Below, one piece after another: positions 1-9,946 of a stretch of DNA of 64,000 bases. The first letter of the stretch is position 1; the number at the start of each line of letters is the position of its first letter. The stretch comes from Nitrosopumilaceae archaeon (lineage in GTDB: Archaea > Thermoproteota > Nitrososphaeria > Nitrososphaerales > Nitrosopumilaceae). The notes below the pieces were generated by a model. It saw only the letters and a program-made list of their open reading frames with translations. It was not told where the DNA came from and did not search any database. The stretch lies in the NCBI GenBank assembly GCA_965200155.1, contig CBDATR010000010.1:384001-448000 (forward strand). The letters are read 5' to 3'. The translations under genes and the position numbers were made by a program.

Positions 1-2
1 AG

Positions 3-161
3 GACTCAATAATTATGCATCCGCTACCGCGACTGGATGAAATATCCCACGAGGTGGATGCATCGTCCAAAGCCAGATACTTTGAGCAGGCACAGTATGG
101 AAAAGAGATACGGGCAGCCTTGTTACATCTATTGCTGAACCCGGATGCCGCCAGCAAGTGA
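3..161 (+). CDS. pyrB: Aspartate carbamoyltransferase, C-terminal end (5' truncated by window)
   Basis: Frame 3 reads [41 protein letters not shown]; MHPLPR and YFxQA are ATCase motifs. Confidence 0.85.
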   Translation, partial: DSIIMHPLPRLDEISHEVDASSKARYFEQAQYGKEIRAALLHLLLNPDAASK

Positions 162-434
162 CCGTTTGGGTTACCGCCATTTCAGTGTGGCAATCGCGCT
201 GCCACAACCAAAGTCTATTATGGCAGGGACCGGCGTAAGCAAATCTTGCTCTGGTGTCACATGGTGCTTGTGATGCACGGTAGGGAAGCATACGATGGTC
301 ATTTCCGGTATGCTGTGTGTTTGGGTGCCTCCGAGCTTGACCTGTACATTTTATGGAATGGGGATAATCCGGGATGACTGACGGTTACTACCAGAACACT
401 ACAACCCATATATGATGAGAGACACTATGCAGTA

Positions 435-1130
435 ATGACAACTCGCATAATTCCCGTCTTTCCGATGGATCTTGTACTGTTTCCGCGCCAGGATCTATCT
501 CTTCGTATATTTGAGCCGCGATACAAACAATTGGTAGATGACTGCATGCTTGGCGACGGCCTCTTTGGCGTATGTCTGGCTGATAACAGCAAGGTGGCTG
601 GCTGGGAAGCTCCCGTAAACGTTGGGACCATTACTAAAATAGTGCAATGCCAGGATACGGGACTTGACGGGATGCAGCTGCATATAGACACCGTGGGTAG
701 GAATAGGTTCCGTATACTGGAGATTATTCCACCATCCGTAGATGTGCCACCAGACTACGACCCTGTAACAATGGATGGCCATCAAAGGTTCCAAGATCTA
801 TATGATCGCTCTGGTGAGGGTAAGATGTACATACGCGCCAATGTGGAGGTTATTCATGAACTAGATCAGGATATACCCATCTCCGCATGGCTTCACCTGG
901 TAAAAATGTGGAAGGAAAAGACTATGCGTAATTCCACAAAAGTGGATGCGCGTACATTGGACAATATATTGGAACACTATTACCTAAAGACCGATACGCC
1001 CACTCCTGAGTTTGTATATTCGCTGGCGGCACTGGGTGCCGGTTCCCCTCGTGAAATACAACCCATCTTGGAAGCCAATACCACCGGCGAGCTTATAGCT
1101 CGTGTCCAAATGCTAATGGAGAAGGACTAG
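435..1130 (+). CDS. Lon peptidase N-terminal substrate-binding domain protein (stand-alone)
   Basis: IPVFPMDLVLFP..LRIFEPRYKQLVDDC, VGT, G..RFRI motifs of the LON_substr_bdg domain. Confidence 0.85.
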   Translation: MTTRIIPVFPMDLVLFPRQDLSLRIFEPRYKQLVDDCMLGDGLFGVCLADNSKVAGWEAPVNVGTITKIVQCQDTGLDGMQLHIDTVGRNRFRILEIIPPSVDVPPDYDPVTMDGHQRFQDLYDRSGEGKMYIRANVEVIHELDQDIPISAWLHLVKMWKEKTMRNSTKVDARTLDNILEHYYLKTDTPTPEFVYSLAALGAGSPREIQPILEANTTGELIARVQMLMEKD

Positions 1131-1131
1131 A

Positions 1132-2433
1132 TTGCTTCTGCACTGTTACGCGGTTTTGGCGCTTTTGGTATTTGTGGTACCTGTTACCTTCGGGCATGGT
1201 CTGGGTCTGGATACTCTTGATGCCAACATTAATGGCGCTGAGGTGAGGCTGAGCGCCCAGTTGCCCACCAAATTTGAGGATGCAACCAAGCAGCTTACCG
1301 TCATGATTTCCCGCGATGATGAGGGTGTAGATGCGGTGTTCTGGATGGGCGTAAAGTATATGGATGAATATGTAATACAAGACACCTTTACGGCTCCCGG
1401 CGGTACGCTCTATCTGGACATCACAACCGCCGAGGTTGACTACGATATCCAGTCATCCCCCGGCTCGGCACAGATTACGGGGCCTATATTCCATTCTGGC
1501 GGTCTGTACACGGTTCATATGCGCATAGAGTCACTGGATGGTGAAATTATCCCTGATTCTCCGGAGTATCTTTTGGATCTACTGGTAACTGATACCACAA
1601 CGCATATCACAACCGATGCGCAAGGCGCGGCGGCAGAGTTTACAACTGCATCATATTTTGACAGAATACGTGAATTCCGGTACGACTCAACAGTGGGAGT
1701 AGCCACTTTTGTCATCCCATTTGACTGGGGCCTAGATCGTGTATCTCATATACCAGTCATTCATCAAGAGGTGCGCTTTCCGGCAGACTTTGAAGAGTTT
1801 GTCTCCAGGGGATATGTGGGTACGGTCAATGGTGTGGAACTCTTCAGATCCTCGATTACAGTAGATGACTTTTCCACACCAGGGGAGCGAACCGTTCATT
1901 TCGTACTGCTACAAGATCACATCAATCTCATACGGTCTCAGATGGAACGTCCTGCCGGGTCCCTTCCAGATAACATAACCTTTACGCTGGAGAAGGATCA
2001 AGACATACGCAGTCAGCTGAGCACGTATACGAGGAGTGGTGACTATCAGGTGGATATGACTTGGGAACCTGAGGAGATATTACCTGGCCAGAAGACAAAG
2101 TTCATCTTTACAATACGCGATGCGTATACTGGCGAGACCATTCGACAATCCAGTTATGATTTTGCACTGGAACAGGATGGCCGCGAACTATATCGAAGCT
2201 CTGGCGTAGCAGTGGTTGGCGGCGATTTCAGGGAGTATGAGTTTGGTGAGGAACAGGCTGGCGCAGCAACGGTGCGTTTGGAAAATATTCGCGGTACAGG
2301 CGAATATGTCGAGTTTGTATTTGTAGTGGCCCCGGAATTTGAGATTGTGTTGCTCATACTGGCCGTGTCCATATCTGCAAGTGCGCTGATAATCCGGAGT
2401 AGCCTCTTCCGGGGGGTTATGTACCGTGGTTGA
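1132..2433 (+). CDS. Secreted surface protein with PEFG-CTERM-like sorting signal
   Basis: N-terminal signal peptide; C-terminal VAPEF + hydrophobic helix + basic tail. Confidence 0.75.
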   Translation: MLLHCYAVLALLVFVVPVTFGHGLGLDTLDANINGAEVRLSAQLPTKFEDATKQLTVMISRDDEGVDAVFWMGVKYMDEYVIQDTFTAPGGTLYLDITTAEVDYDIQSSPGSAQITGPIFHSGGLYTVHMRIESLDGEIIPDSPEYLLDLLVTDTTTHITTDAQGAAAEFTTASYFDRIREFRYDSTVGVATFVIPFDWGLDRVSHIPVIHQEVRFPADFEEFVSRGYVGTVNGVELFRSSITVDDFSTPGERTVHFVLLQDHINLIRSQMERPAGSLPDNITFTLEKDQDIRSQLSTYTRSGDYQVDMTWEPEEILPGQKTKFIFTIRDAYTGETIRQSSYDFALEQDGRELYRSSGVAVVGGDFREYEFGEEQAGAATVRLENIRGTGEYVEFVFVVAPEFEIVLLILAVSISASALIIRSSLFRGVMYRG

Positions 2434-2598
2434 AGCACACGTCCCCATTCCCTTTGCATTATGCTCCTGAATGCAGAGCTCAACACTGACAGACTTGTGC
2501 AATCTAGTATGTGTTCAAGTTTACGCGCCACATTTTCGTATAATACAAGCTCAACGCGAAGATTCTAAACTTAAATACATTTTCTACCAATAGAGCAC

Positions 2599-3795
2599 AT
2601 GAGCCAAGAGTTACGGCGAAAGAAGCTGAGGGGCTCTGGGGGTTATGTTATGGCAAACGTTACTGATGAGCAACAAAGAAAAGGAAATTTGGGCGGCCCT
2701 GAATTATTCTTGGCTCCAATAGGTCGACTTAGTAATGACTGTATGAGTAAGTACTATTGTAATATGTGTGATAATGAGTATGAGATGGCTCCTAGTGTAG
2801 ATTATGAGAATGTAAATGAGCTAGTCGCAGAGAATCTTTTGCTCACGGAGAGGGGTCAGTACAAGTGTGGGCAGTGTAGCGCTACCATAGCTGAATACAG
2901 GGAATTTAAAAAGCCAAACGAGGCCATGGATGTAGGTGTAGCAAAGCCAGCTGCTGCAGAACCGGTTGTGGAGGTAGCGCCCGAGCCAGCTGCTGCAGAA
3001 CCGGTTGTGGAGGTAGCGCCCGAGCCAGCTGCTGCAGAACCGGTTGTGGAGGTAGCGCCCGAGCCAGCTGCTGCAGAACCGGTTGTGGAGGTAGCGCCCG
3101 AGCCAGCTGCTGCAGAACCGGTTGTGGAGGTAGCGCCCGAGCCAGCTGCTGCAGAACCGGTTGTGGAGGTAGCGCCCGAGCCAGCTGCTGCAGAACCGGT
3201 TGTGGAGGTAGCGCCCGAGCCAGCTGCTGCAGAACCGGTTGTGGAGGTAGCGCCCGAGCCAGCTGCTGCAGAACCGGTTGTGGAGGTAGCGCCCGAGCCA
3301 GCTGCTGCAGAACCGGTTGTGGAGGTAGCGCCCGAGCCAGCTGCTGCAGAACCGGTTGTGGAGGTAGCGCCCGAGCCAGCTGCTGCAGAACCGGTTGTGG
3401 AGGTAGCGCCCGAGCCAGCTGCTGCAGAACCGGTTGTGGAGGTAGCGCCCGAGGTGACGAGTAATGGTATGGACGTAATACGATTACAAGGATTGGTTGT
3501 CTACAACCTTGACGCCCAACAAGTTGGTACTGTATCACAAATCTGCATGGGCTCCAATATGTCGCTCCTACTTGTACTGGATAATCATACCGCTATCCCT
3601 TGGAGTCGCATAACTGCCGTAGGTGATATCATACTGTTGGGCCCCAAAACCCAATCCCAGTCACAAAATGATAATAATACTATACAAGAAGATGTGCAAG
3701 CACTGCCACCCCTTGGTAAGTGCGGTGAATGTGGTAACCAGAACACACCTGACTCTAGGTTCTGCGAAGAATGCGGGAATGGCTTGAGTAAATAA
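2599..3795 (+). CDS. Zn-ribbon / PRC-barrel / Zn-ribbon protein with Pro-Ala-Glu-Val repeat linker
   Basis: CxxC pairs at both ends; G..VYN.DA..VG.V...IPWSRI.AVGDIILL PRC-barrel pattern. Confidence 0.75.
   Translation: MSQELRRKKLRGSGGYVMANVTDEQQRKGNLGGPELFLAPIGRLSNDCMSKYYCNMCDNEYEMAPSVDYENVNELVAENLLLTERGQYKCGQCSATIAEYREFKKPNEAMDVGVAKPAAAEPVVEVAPEPAAAEPVVEVAPEPAAAEPVVEVAPEPAAAEPVVEVAPEPAAAEPVVEVAPEPAAAEPVVEVAPEPAAAEPVVEVAPEPAAAEPVVEVAPEPAAAEPVVEVAPEPAAAEPVVEVAPEPAAAEPVVEVAPEPAAAEPVVEVAPEPAAAEPVVEVAPEVTSNGMDVIRLQGLVVYNLDAQQVGTVSQICMGSNMSLLLVLDNHTAIPWSRITAVGDIILLGPKTQSQSQNDNNTIQEDVQALPPLGKCGECGNQNTPDSRFCEECGNGLSK
2947..3453 (+). repeat. 13 perfect tandem copies of a 39-bp unit (PAAAEPVVEVAPE)
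   Basis: Unit CCAGCTGCTGCAGAACCGGTTGTGGAGGTAGCGCCCGAG; 507 bp = 13 x 39. Confidence 0.97.
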
Positions 3796-3824
3796 TTAAA
3801 CAGGGACAACTGAACCAAGATCTG

Positions 3825-4337
3825 TTGATTACCAAGCGCAAGATCATTATAGATGTCATTATTGTTGTAGTAGGACTTGCCACAATATGGGGTGTCTTCA
3901 TAACTGCTTATGGCACCTTTAATCCGTTTTACGTTGTGGCTAGCGGTAGTATGATTCCCACTTTGGAGGTGTACGATCTACTTGTCATATCTGCACGGGA
4001 AGAATTTACTAGCATAGAACCCGGTGACATTATAGTGTACAATCGTCCATCTGATCATAATCGTGTTATTGTACATCGTATTGTGTCGGTAATAGACGAG
4101 GATCCTTATACGCTAAGAGCCAAGGGTGACAACAATCCGGCATCCATGCCGGGCACAGACTTTCCAATCACCGAGGAAGAGTATTTGGGAAAGGTGGTGA
4201 CCGTAATCCCTGACGTGGGTTTTCTGCCTAGGCTTATACAACCACCTATCAATTATATCATAATAGCTGGAATTGTAGCGTATGTGGCCATTAAATGGTA
4301 CAAAAGTAAGCCCAAACAGAATTCCGATGATGCATAA
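3825..4337 (+). CDS. Signal peptidase I (S26B, Sec11-type)
   Basis: VASGSMIPTL catalytic Ser, GDIIV, IVHR, KGDNN motifs. Confidence 0.92.
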   Translation: MITKRKIIIDVIIVVVGLATIWGVFITAYGTFNPFYVVASGSMIPTLEVYDLLVISAREEFTSIEPGDIIVYNRPSDHNRVIVHRIVSVIDEDPYTLRAKGDNNPASMPGTDFPITEEEYLGKVVTVIPDVGFLPRLIQPPINYIIIAGIVAYVAIKWYKSKPKQNSDDA

Positions 4338-4391
4338 ATACCAATTCTTCTTGAAGTGTGCTATTACTAATTCGAGATAAAGCCCAAACAG

Positions 4392-5888
4392 TCAGTCTAT
4401 TTTAAAGACCCGCTTAAAGTAGTCCGACGGTTCTGTTGGCTCTTCAAGGTCGGTAACTCCTGCCAACTTCTTGGCCAAATTCTTCTTGTATCCTAACTGC
4501 ATCTGCCGTTGTATCTGTATTCGTTGAGCCTGCGGGGATCCGGCACCATGCATGGACTCAGTAAGATATCCTACGGCATTTCTTCCCATAGTCATATTCT
4601 CAATAAGCCTCAGTATGCGCATTCGATTCTCCACATCTGCTCCCTTGCGACCAGCTAGATACTTTTTAAGCATAGGTCCAGTCTCCGGATTCTTAAAGTC
4701 CTTCTCTGAAGGCAGGGTTACCATCAACCCGCCTGCTATGTCTTGTGCTAGCCTGCTAATCTCATATGGGAATCTGGTGACATTGTGCTTACAGACTTGT
4801 GCTAGCATGTCATCATTCAGGTACACGCCGGACTTCATCTTCTGTGCTTGGGCTGAGGAAGCTATGCCATCCGCATATATGTCCTCGTTTAGGTGGGTCA
4901 TTTCTATAATCTTGTCTTTGATATGAGATACTTTGGGCACGCCATTATAATCTGCAATAGTGGCGGCAGCTCCTATTAGTACGTCCCCCAGACCAGTCTT
5001 GCATACATAGCTACGCCTATGATAGCAGGTAAATCTCTCTACCAGCATGGCGGCAAACTCCCATTCACCATTCATGAATACGTACTCCCAAGGTATGAAG
5101 ACTCTATCTAATACCACCAGAGCCTCTTGGCCCCCGAACTTTGCGTTACCCTGATCTATCTCACTCTCTTCCAAACTGCGGGTGTCGCAAGACTGCCTGC
5201 CGTAAATGTATGTCACGCCGGGCGCATCCACCGGGAATGCCCCCACAATAGCATAGTCACGATCGTCCTCGGTTAGTCGTATCGTGGGCATTATGATTAT
5301 CCAGTGTGAGTTTATACAACCTGTTTGGTGTGCCTTGGCCCCCGATACGTATACGCCTTTTTCGTCGGTGTCTACTACATGCGTAAATAGATCAGGATCA
5401 ATCTGTTCAGAGGGTCCCTTACTACGATCTCCTTTAGGATCTGTCATTGCCCCTCCTATTACATAATTATCGGCCTGAACCATTTTTACAAACTTCAAGA
5501 ATCTTTTGTGATATTGTGTGCGATATTTTTCATCAATCTCAAATGTTACTGAATGCAATGAGTTCAGTGCATCCATACCAACACATCTCTGAAAACATGT
5601 TCCCGTATTCTGGCCAAGCTTGCGCTGCATCTTGTTTTGCATAATTAGATCTTGTGCACTCTCTGCTATGTGCAGGAAGCGGTTAACCCTCTCTCCTGTC
5701 AAGGGGGAATGAGCGGTAGCTAGCTCCTCCTCTCTGGTCGCCAAATCATAAGTCTCAGCTACTGCGTTAATGGAAGGGCGTATTATGGGGTGATCTACAG
5801 GATCGTTTACTCTCTCGCCTAACAAGAACACTCTTAGGTTCCGGTTCCTAAGGCTCTCTATATACTCGGCCCCTGTACGTATGGCCAT
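4392..5888 (-). CDS. abfD: 4-hydroxybutyryl-CoA dehydratase (HP/HB carbon fixation cycle)
   Basis: TCFQRCVGMDA and YHRRSYVCK Fe-S ligands, MTDPKGDR, ESMHGAGSPQAQ. Confidence 0.95.
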   Translation of the reverse strand: MAIRTGAEYIESLRNRNLRVFLLGERVNDPVDHPIIRPSINAVAETYDLATREEELATAHSPLTGERVNRFLHIAESAQDLIMQNKMQRKLGQNTGTCFQRCVGMDALNSLHSVTFEIDEKYRTQYHKRFLKFVKMVQADNYVIGGAMTDPKGDRSKGPSEQIDPDLFTHVVDTDEKGVYVSGAKAHQTGCINSHWIIIMPTIRLTEDDRDYAIVGAFPVDAPGVTYIYGRQSCDTRSLEESEIDQGNAKFGGQEALVVLDRVFIPWEYVFMNGEWEFAAMLVERFTCYHRRSYVCKTGLGDVLIGAAATIADYNGVPKVSHIKDKIIEMTHLNEDIYADGIASSAQAQKMKSGVYLNDDMLAQVCKHNVTRFPYEISRLAQDIAGGLMVTLPSEKDFKNPETGPMLKKYLAGRKGADVENRMRILRLIENMTMGRNAVGYLTESMHGAGSPQAQRIQIQRQMQLGYKKNLAKKLAGVTDLEEPTEPSDYFKRVFKID

Positions 5889-5936
5889 AACACTGGTTAC
5901 ATTGTGGGATTATAAAAACTAAAACCATGTGTGTGA

Positions 5937-7111
5937 GAATTTGTTGCATAACTCAATCAAGTTAGGTAGATAAATCGTATTGGGAAAAAATTGTGTATTT
6001 CCGTCACACAACCGTGTGTTAGTGACCATTAGATCCAAGCATTAATATCTGAGATTTTTTAACAAGTTTGATGGTATTCACCGACAATGCCAAGTACGTC
6101 CAGCGGGAGGCTATTTGGCTTTGATCATGCATGGGATTGAAAAGGCTAACCATAACAAGGAGGGTGCTCCCTACCAGTATGCCGTGGGCATGTTACATGA
6201 CACTGAGAACGGCATTAGGTGTGAGATACAGGCAGGTATCCGGATTCCTTGCAGGACTACTGGAAGGGTACCAAACCCCGTACTACTCCACATACATACG
6301 CGGAAGGGATAGACATAGACAAGAAGAACAGTATTTGCCTGCACGGACAAAAAGCTGACTAGAACCATGATTGTGGACTCGACCGGCCTTGAATCGTGGT
6401 GAGTGGATTAGAACCAAATGGAAAAAGAGACGCGGATTCATCAGTGCTCGCGGACTGGGAGTGCATATGCATTTACGGTTACCGGCGAGTGGGTTGGGGA
6501 TACGCGCATGTTAAACAATGCAGTACTGGGCTCGTATGCAGAAGAGCCACAACTGGACAGGGAGCACACCCTGGAATTGGAAAGTTCCGGACCCATTGCA
6601 ACAGTTGCCATCCATGGCAGGATCAACAGATAAGCTACCACCCGGAAACGCGCTGACTAACGGTGTGTCCCCCTTACCGAATAATGATGAGAAGCGCGCA
6701 TGCAACCTCGAGTTGCTTGCGGATGGCGCACACGCGTCCAGGGATAACATGAAATTGTGCAGTGATAATCGCATCCGGACAACCATTCCACTTCATCTAA
6801 ATTCCACCAAAGGAAAGGCGACTCATGGGGACTTGCAGTCTTGGAGGAAGCCCGGAATCGCCCATTTTCCGCCTTTCTGATGAGGAAAAGGTCGAAAACA
6901 AGCAGTACTGGAAGGCGGCAAAAGGGTACAACAGGCGATGGCTAATCGAGATAATCAGAGCCGGTTCCCGTTCAAACGACTATTCGGGCACGGATTAATG
7001 GCGCGGAAATGGGATAACATACGAGTGCAACGAGTGGGCGGACACGGCAGTAACGTAGATTACGACATGGGGGAACCTGTATTCTGTCAAAGTCAGTTAT
7101 GCAACAAACTC
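5937..7111 (+). mobile_element. IS5-family (IS903-group) element, transposase pseudogene, copy 1
   Basis: TIRs GAATTTGTTGCATAAC / GTTATGCAACAAACTC; fragments IVDSTGL..GEWIRTKWKKRRGF, LLADGA, YNRRWLIE..FKRLFG; frameshifted; no TSD seen. Confidence 0.85.
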
Positions 7112-7156
7112 GCTCAACTGAGAGGTTTTTAAGTGCGAATCAAATAAGTTGACACA

Positions 7157-8014
7157 ATGAAAGTTTTAATAGCAGTATCAATGCTTACGCTCTTTGTCGC
7201 GACAGCTGCAACAGCAGTCCCAACGTCTTTTGCTGAAGAGTACCGCGTCACAAACGCAGAGGGTTCCTCAACACCCGGTTGTGAGGCGAATAATGAATGT
7301 TTTGTACCTGCATCGCTCACCATAAACGTGGGTGATATGGTAATCTGGGACAACGTTGACAACGCGGCACACACCATAACCAGCGGAGTTCTTGCAGAAG
7401 GCGGACCTGATGGCATCTTTGACAGCGGTCTTGTCAGCCCGGGAACTGAGTTTTCCCACACCTTTGATGATGAGGGTACATTCCCGTACTTTTGCCTAGT
7501 CCATCCCTGGATGAGCGGCGAGGTGGCTGTGATGGCTGCTGGTGGTTCCATGGAAGATGATGAAATGATGATGGATGGTGACATGATATCACTTGAAGAG
7601 GCTAGTGCGATCTCCATGCTGGAGGATACTGAGGTTCGTATCCGAGCCACAGAGCCAACAGTAGCTGATCAGATGGTGATAGATGTTATGTTTGTGGATT
7701 CGGAGCATGTCAATTATGATATAATGATAGCGCAGGAAGGCGCCATTCTATTGGATGATATGGGTGTCCATACACATACTGGCATGGCAACTCACATGAC
7801 TGAACACTTGGACTCCGATAGTCCAGTTGATATCATAATTACTTTCCAAGGATATGGTATTGATGAGAAGACCGGCCCCATAGGTGTGCAATTGGAGTTT
7901 GCACAAGTAGTTCCAGAGTTTGGTACGCTTGTGGCCATGATACTGGCAATAGCTGTAGTATCGGTAGTGGTATTCTCTGCGAGATCTCGACTAAGCATAA
8001 TCCCTAGGTACTGA
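7157..8014 (+). CDS. Plastocyanin-like blue copper protein with PEFG-CTERM anchor
   Basis: Signal peptide; AHT...YFCLVHPWM type-1 Cu site; C-terminal VPEFG + TM + RY. Confidence 0.92.
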   Translation: MKVLIAVSMLTLFVATAATAVPTSFAEEYRVTNAEGSSTPGCEANNECFVPASLTINVGDMVIWDNVDNAAHTITSGVLAEGGPDGIFDSGLVSPGTEFSHTFDDEGTFPYFCLVHPWMSGEVAVMAAGGSMEDDEMMMDGDMISLEEASAISMLEDTEVRIRATEPTVADQMVIDVMFVDSEHVNYDIMIAQEGAILLDDMGVHTHTGMATHMTEHLDSDSPVDIIITFQGYGIDEKTGPIGVQLEFAQVVPEFGTLVAMILAIAVVSVVVFSARSRLSIIPRY

Positions 8015-8016
8015 GA

Positions 8017-8061
8017 TTTCTTATTTTTTCAACATGCGGCGCCGGAGAGGCGCCGCGTTTT
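8017..8061 (+). terminator. U-rich terminator tract followed by a GC hairpin
   Basis: TTTCTTATTTTTTC right after the stop codon; GCGGCGCC-ggaga-GGCGCCGC then GTTTT. Confidence 0.45.
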
Positions 8062-8591
8062 GGGTATTATTAGACATGCCTGACTCATTGTTGCACTCAT
8101 GTGTTGCATCCATGGACTTGGTCAATGGCATGTTATATTTCGCAAGATTTGCGACCATGACGATGGTGATGACGCCGGATGAGTCACATGTTTATGTATA
8201 TGTGTAGGGCGTAGCATCATTTCACAATACACAAGAGCCCGCCAAGATAAAGGCGGATCCACAGTCATCCTGCATGCATATTGTGGGGCTTATACAAATA
8301 CCTGCTGACGCCCTAATGGAGAATTATATAGTTAAGTTACTTGTTGGAGAGTATGGTGAACCATTCCTGGGAGTGATTCACTCTTATACGTGGTACCCTT
8401 ATTATGAAAGCGCGCCAGGCATTTGATACCATTCTAGTCATGGTTGAATAAAGGGGTAACGACCAAATTTTATCTCATGAATTAGCCATTCAGAGGTAAC
8501 TCAGATATATAATTCCCCCCTAATGGAATAAATTCAGGGAAACATGAATTTCATACCATCCTATATTATGTGCAGATCATATCTCTAGTAT

Positions 8592-9173
8592 GTGATAGTG
8601 GCTATTGAGGGTGTAGACCAGTCCGGAAAGCGAACGCAGACAGAGATGCTGACTTCAAGTCTGCAAAGCGACGGGATAGATACGCGCATGTTTGAGTTTC
8701 CCGATTACAACACCCCTGCTGGTCGTCGTATCCATGATGCATTACATGGGGGTCATGCTTCACTAAAAGAAATACACCAACTACAGGCAGAAAACCGCAG
8801 GGAGAGAGCAGACGACATAAGGGATGCGTTGAAGTGCAATCAAGTCCTAATAATGAATCGGTACTGTGACTCTAATATTGTATATGGACTCGCCAACAAG
8901 ATGGACAGGGAATGGCTAGTAAGTCTAGACTCGGACATGCCTAAGGCAGACATGGTCATACTCTTGGATATAGATGCTGAGGAGTCATTCAGGCGAAAGA
9001 CACGCCGGGACAAATTTGAGTCCAACAAAGATCTCATAAAAATGGTCGTAAATCTATATCGCGACGAGGCAAGGAATGCAGGCTGGATAAGGGTGGACGG
9101 AACTCGCGAACCTGATGTTATACATGCGCAGATTTTGAAGATTGTACACGCCAGCTTGGAAGGTTGCAACTAA
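8592..9173 (+). CDS. tmk: Thymidylate kinase
   Basis: IEGVDQSGKRTQ P-loop, FPDY, MNRY..S..YG. Confidence 0.92.
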   Translation: MIVAIEGVDQSGKRTQTEMLTSSLQSDGIDTRMFEFPDYNTPAGRRIHDALHGGHASLKEIHQLQAENRRERADDIRDALKCNQVLIMNRYCDSNIVYGLANKMDREWLVSLDSDMPKADMVILLDIDAEESFRRKTRRDKFESNKDLIKMVVNLYRDEARNAGWIRVDGTREPDVIHAQILKIVHASLEGCN

Positions 9174-9345
9174 GTCATATGCTAGAGGCTGCCTGTAGTG
9201 TTATCTCCCATACGTACTGATTGGCATTACATTTTGCGGCGCGTATTTACGCCAAGACAATTCTGGACGCACATTGTCGGAATTTGATACTCTGGTTATA
9301 GTCAACTCATCAGGTTTATATGCAAAACCGCCGTTATACCATATT

Positions 9346-9801
9346 ATGGGCATAATACGCGGTATTGCCATGGAGGCCAGTCACAAGGCTCGCCAAAAGA
9401 CTGGCTGTTCTGCATTACCTAAAATAATAGACTTTGCAGGAAAGAATATGGAACAAGTACTGGCATCCCGAACCCAGGAATTTTACGAGTTTATACTGCC
9501 CCCTGTGGACCTACAAAGTGGAGACGGAGTAATCATAGTGAGTGTGGACTTGCCGGGATACAATCGGGATCAAATCAAGATAAGGATGAGTGGCAATGTT
9601 CTCTCCATAAGTGGACAGCGAGATCCCGTTGAAAATACAATATATGCTCAGCGACCTAATGTTATACACAAGGACATACGATTGCCCACTCACATAAAAC
9701 GCGGCGAAGAGCCCGAGTGCTCGGCTAGCCTGGATGATGGGGTACTTCGCGTAACTGTGCCCATACCCCAAAGCGGTATAGATATTTCCATTAACAACTA
9801 A
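9346..9801 (+). CDS. Small heat shock protein (Hsp20 family)
   Basis: PPVD..VDLPG..DDGVLRVTVP alpha-crystallin domain; start chosen at ATG 9346, about 25 nt below TATA-like TTTATATG. Confidence 0.88.
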   Translation: MGIIRGIAMEASHKARQKTGCSALPKIIDFAGKNMEQVLASRTQEFYEFILPPVDLQSGDGVIIVSVDLPGYNRDQIKIRMSGNVLSISGQRDPVENTIYAQRPNVIHKDIRLPTHIKRGEEPECSASLDDGVLRVTVPIPQSGIDISINN

Positions 9802-9839
9802 CTCTTGGTATGTGCAGCATCAATAGTAAGAAAAGTTTC

Positions 9840-9931
9840 GTATGAGTTCACGTCTTCCGGAATCTTGTGCACAAATCATATTAACTGTCGCGATCAGTTG
9901 TGCGTAAATTTAGACACAGGTGAACTCATAC
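9840..9931. mobile_element. IS66-type MITE (92 bp), TSD AAAGTTTC
   Basis: TIR GTATGAGTTCAC...GTGAACTCATAC; identical 8-bp flanks. Confidence 0.95.
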
Positions 9932-9946
9932 AAAGTTTCACCATTT

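Noticed and set aside
2906-3538. 210-aa minus-strand ORF (LARALPPQPVLQQ repeats)
   Set aside because: Antisense shadow of the 39-bp coding repeat
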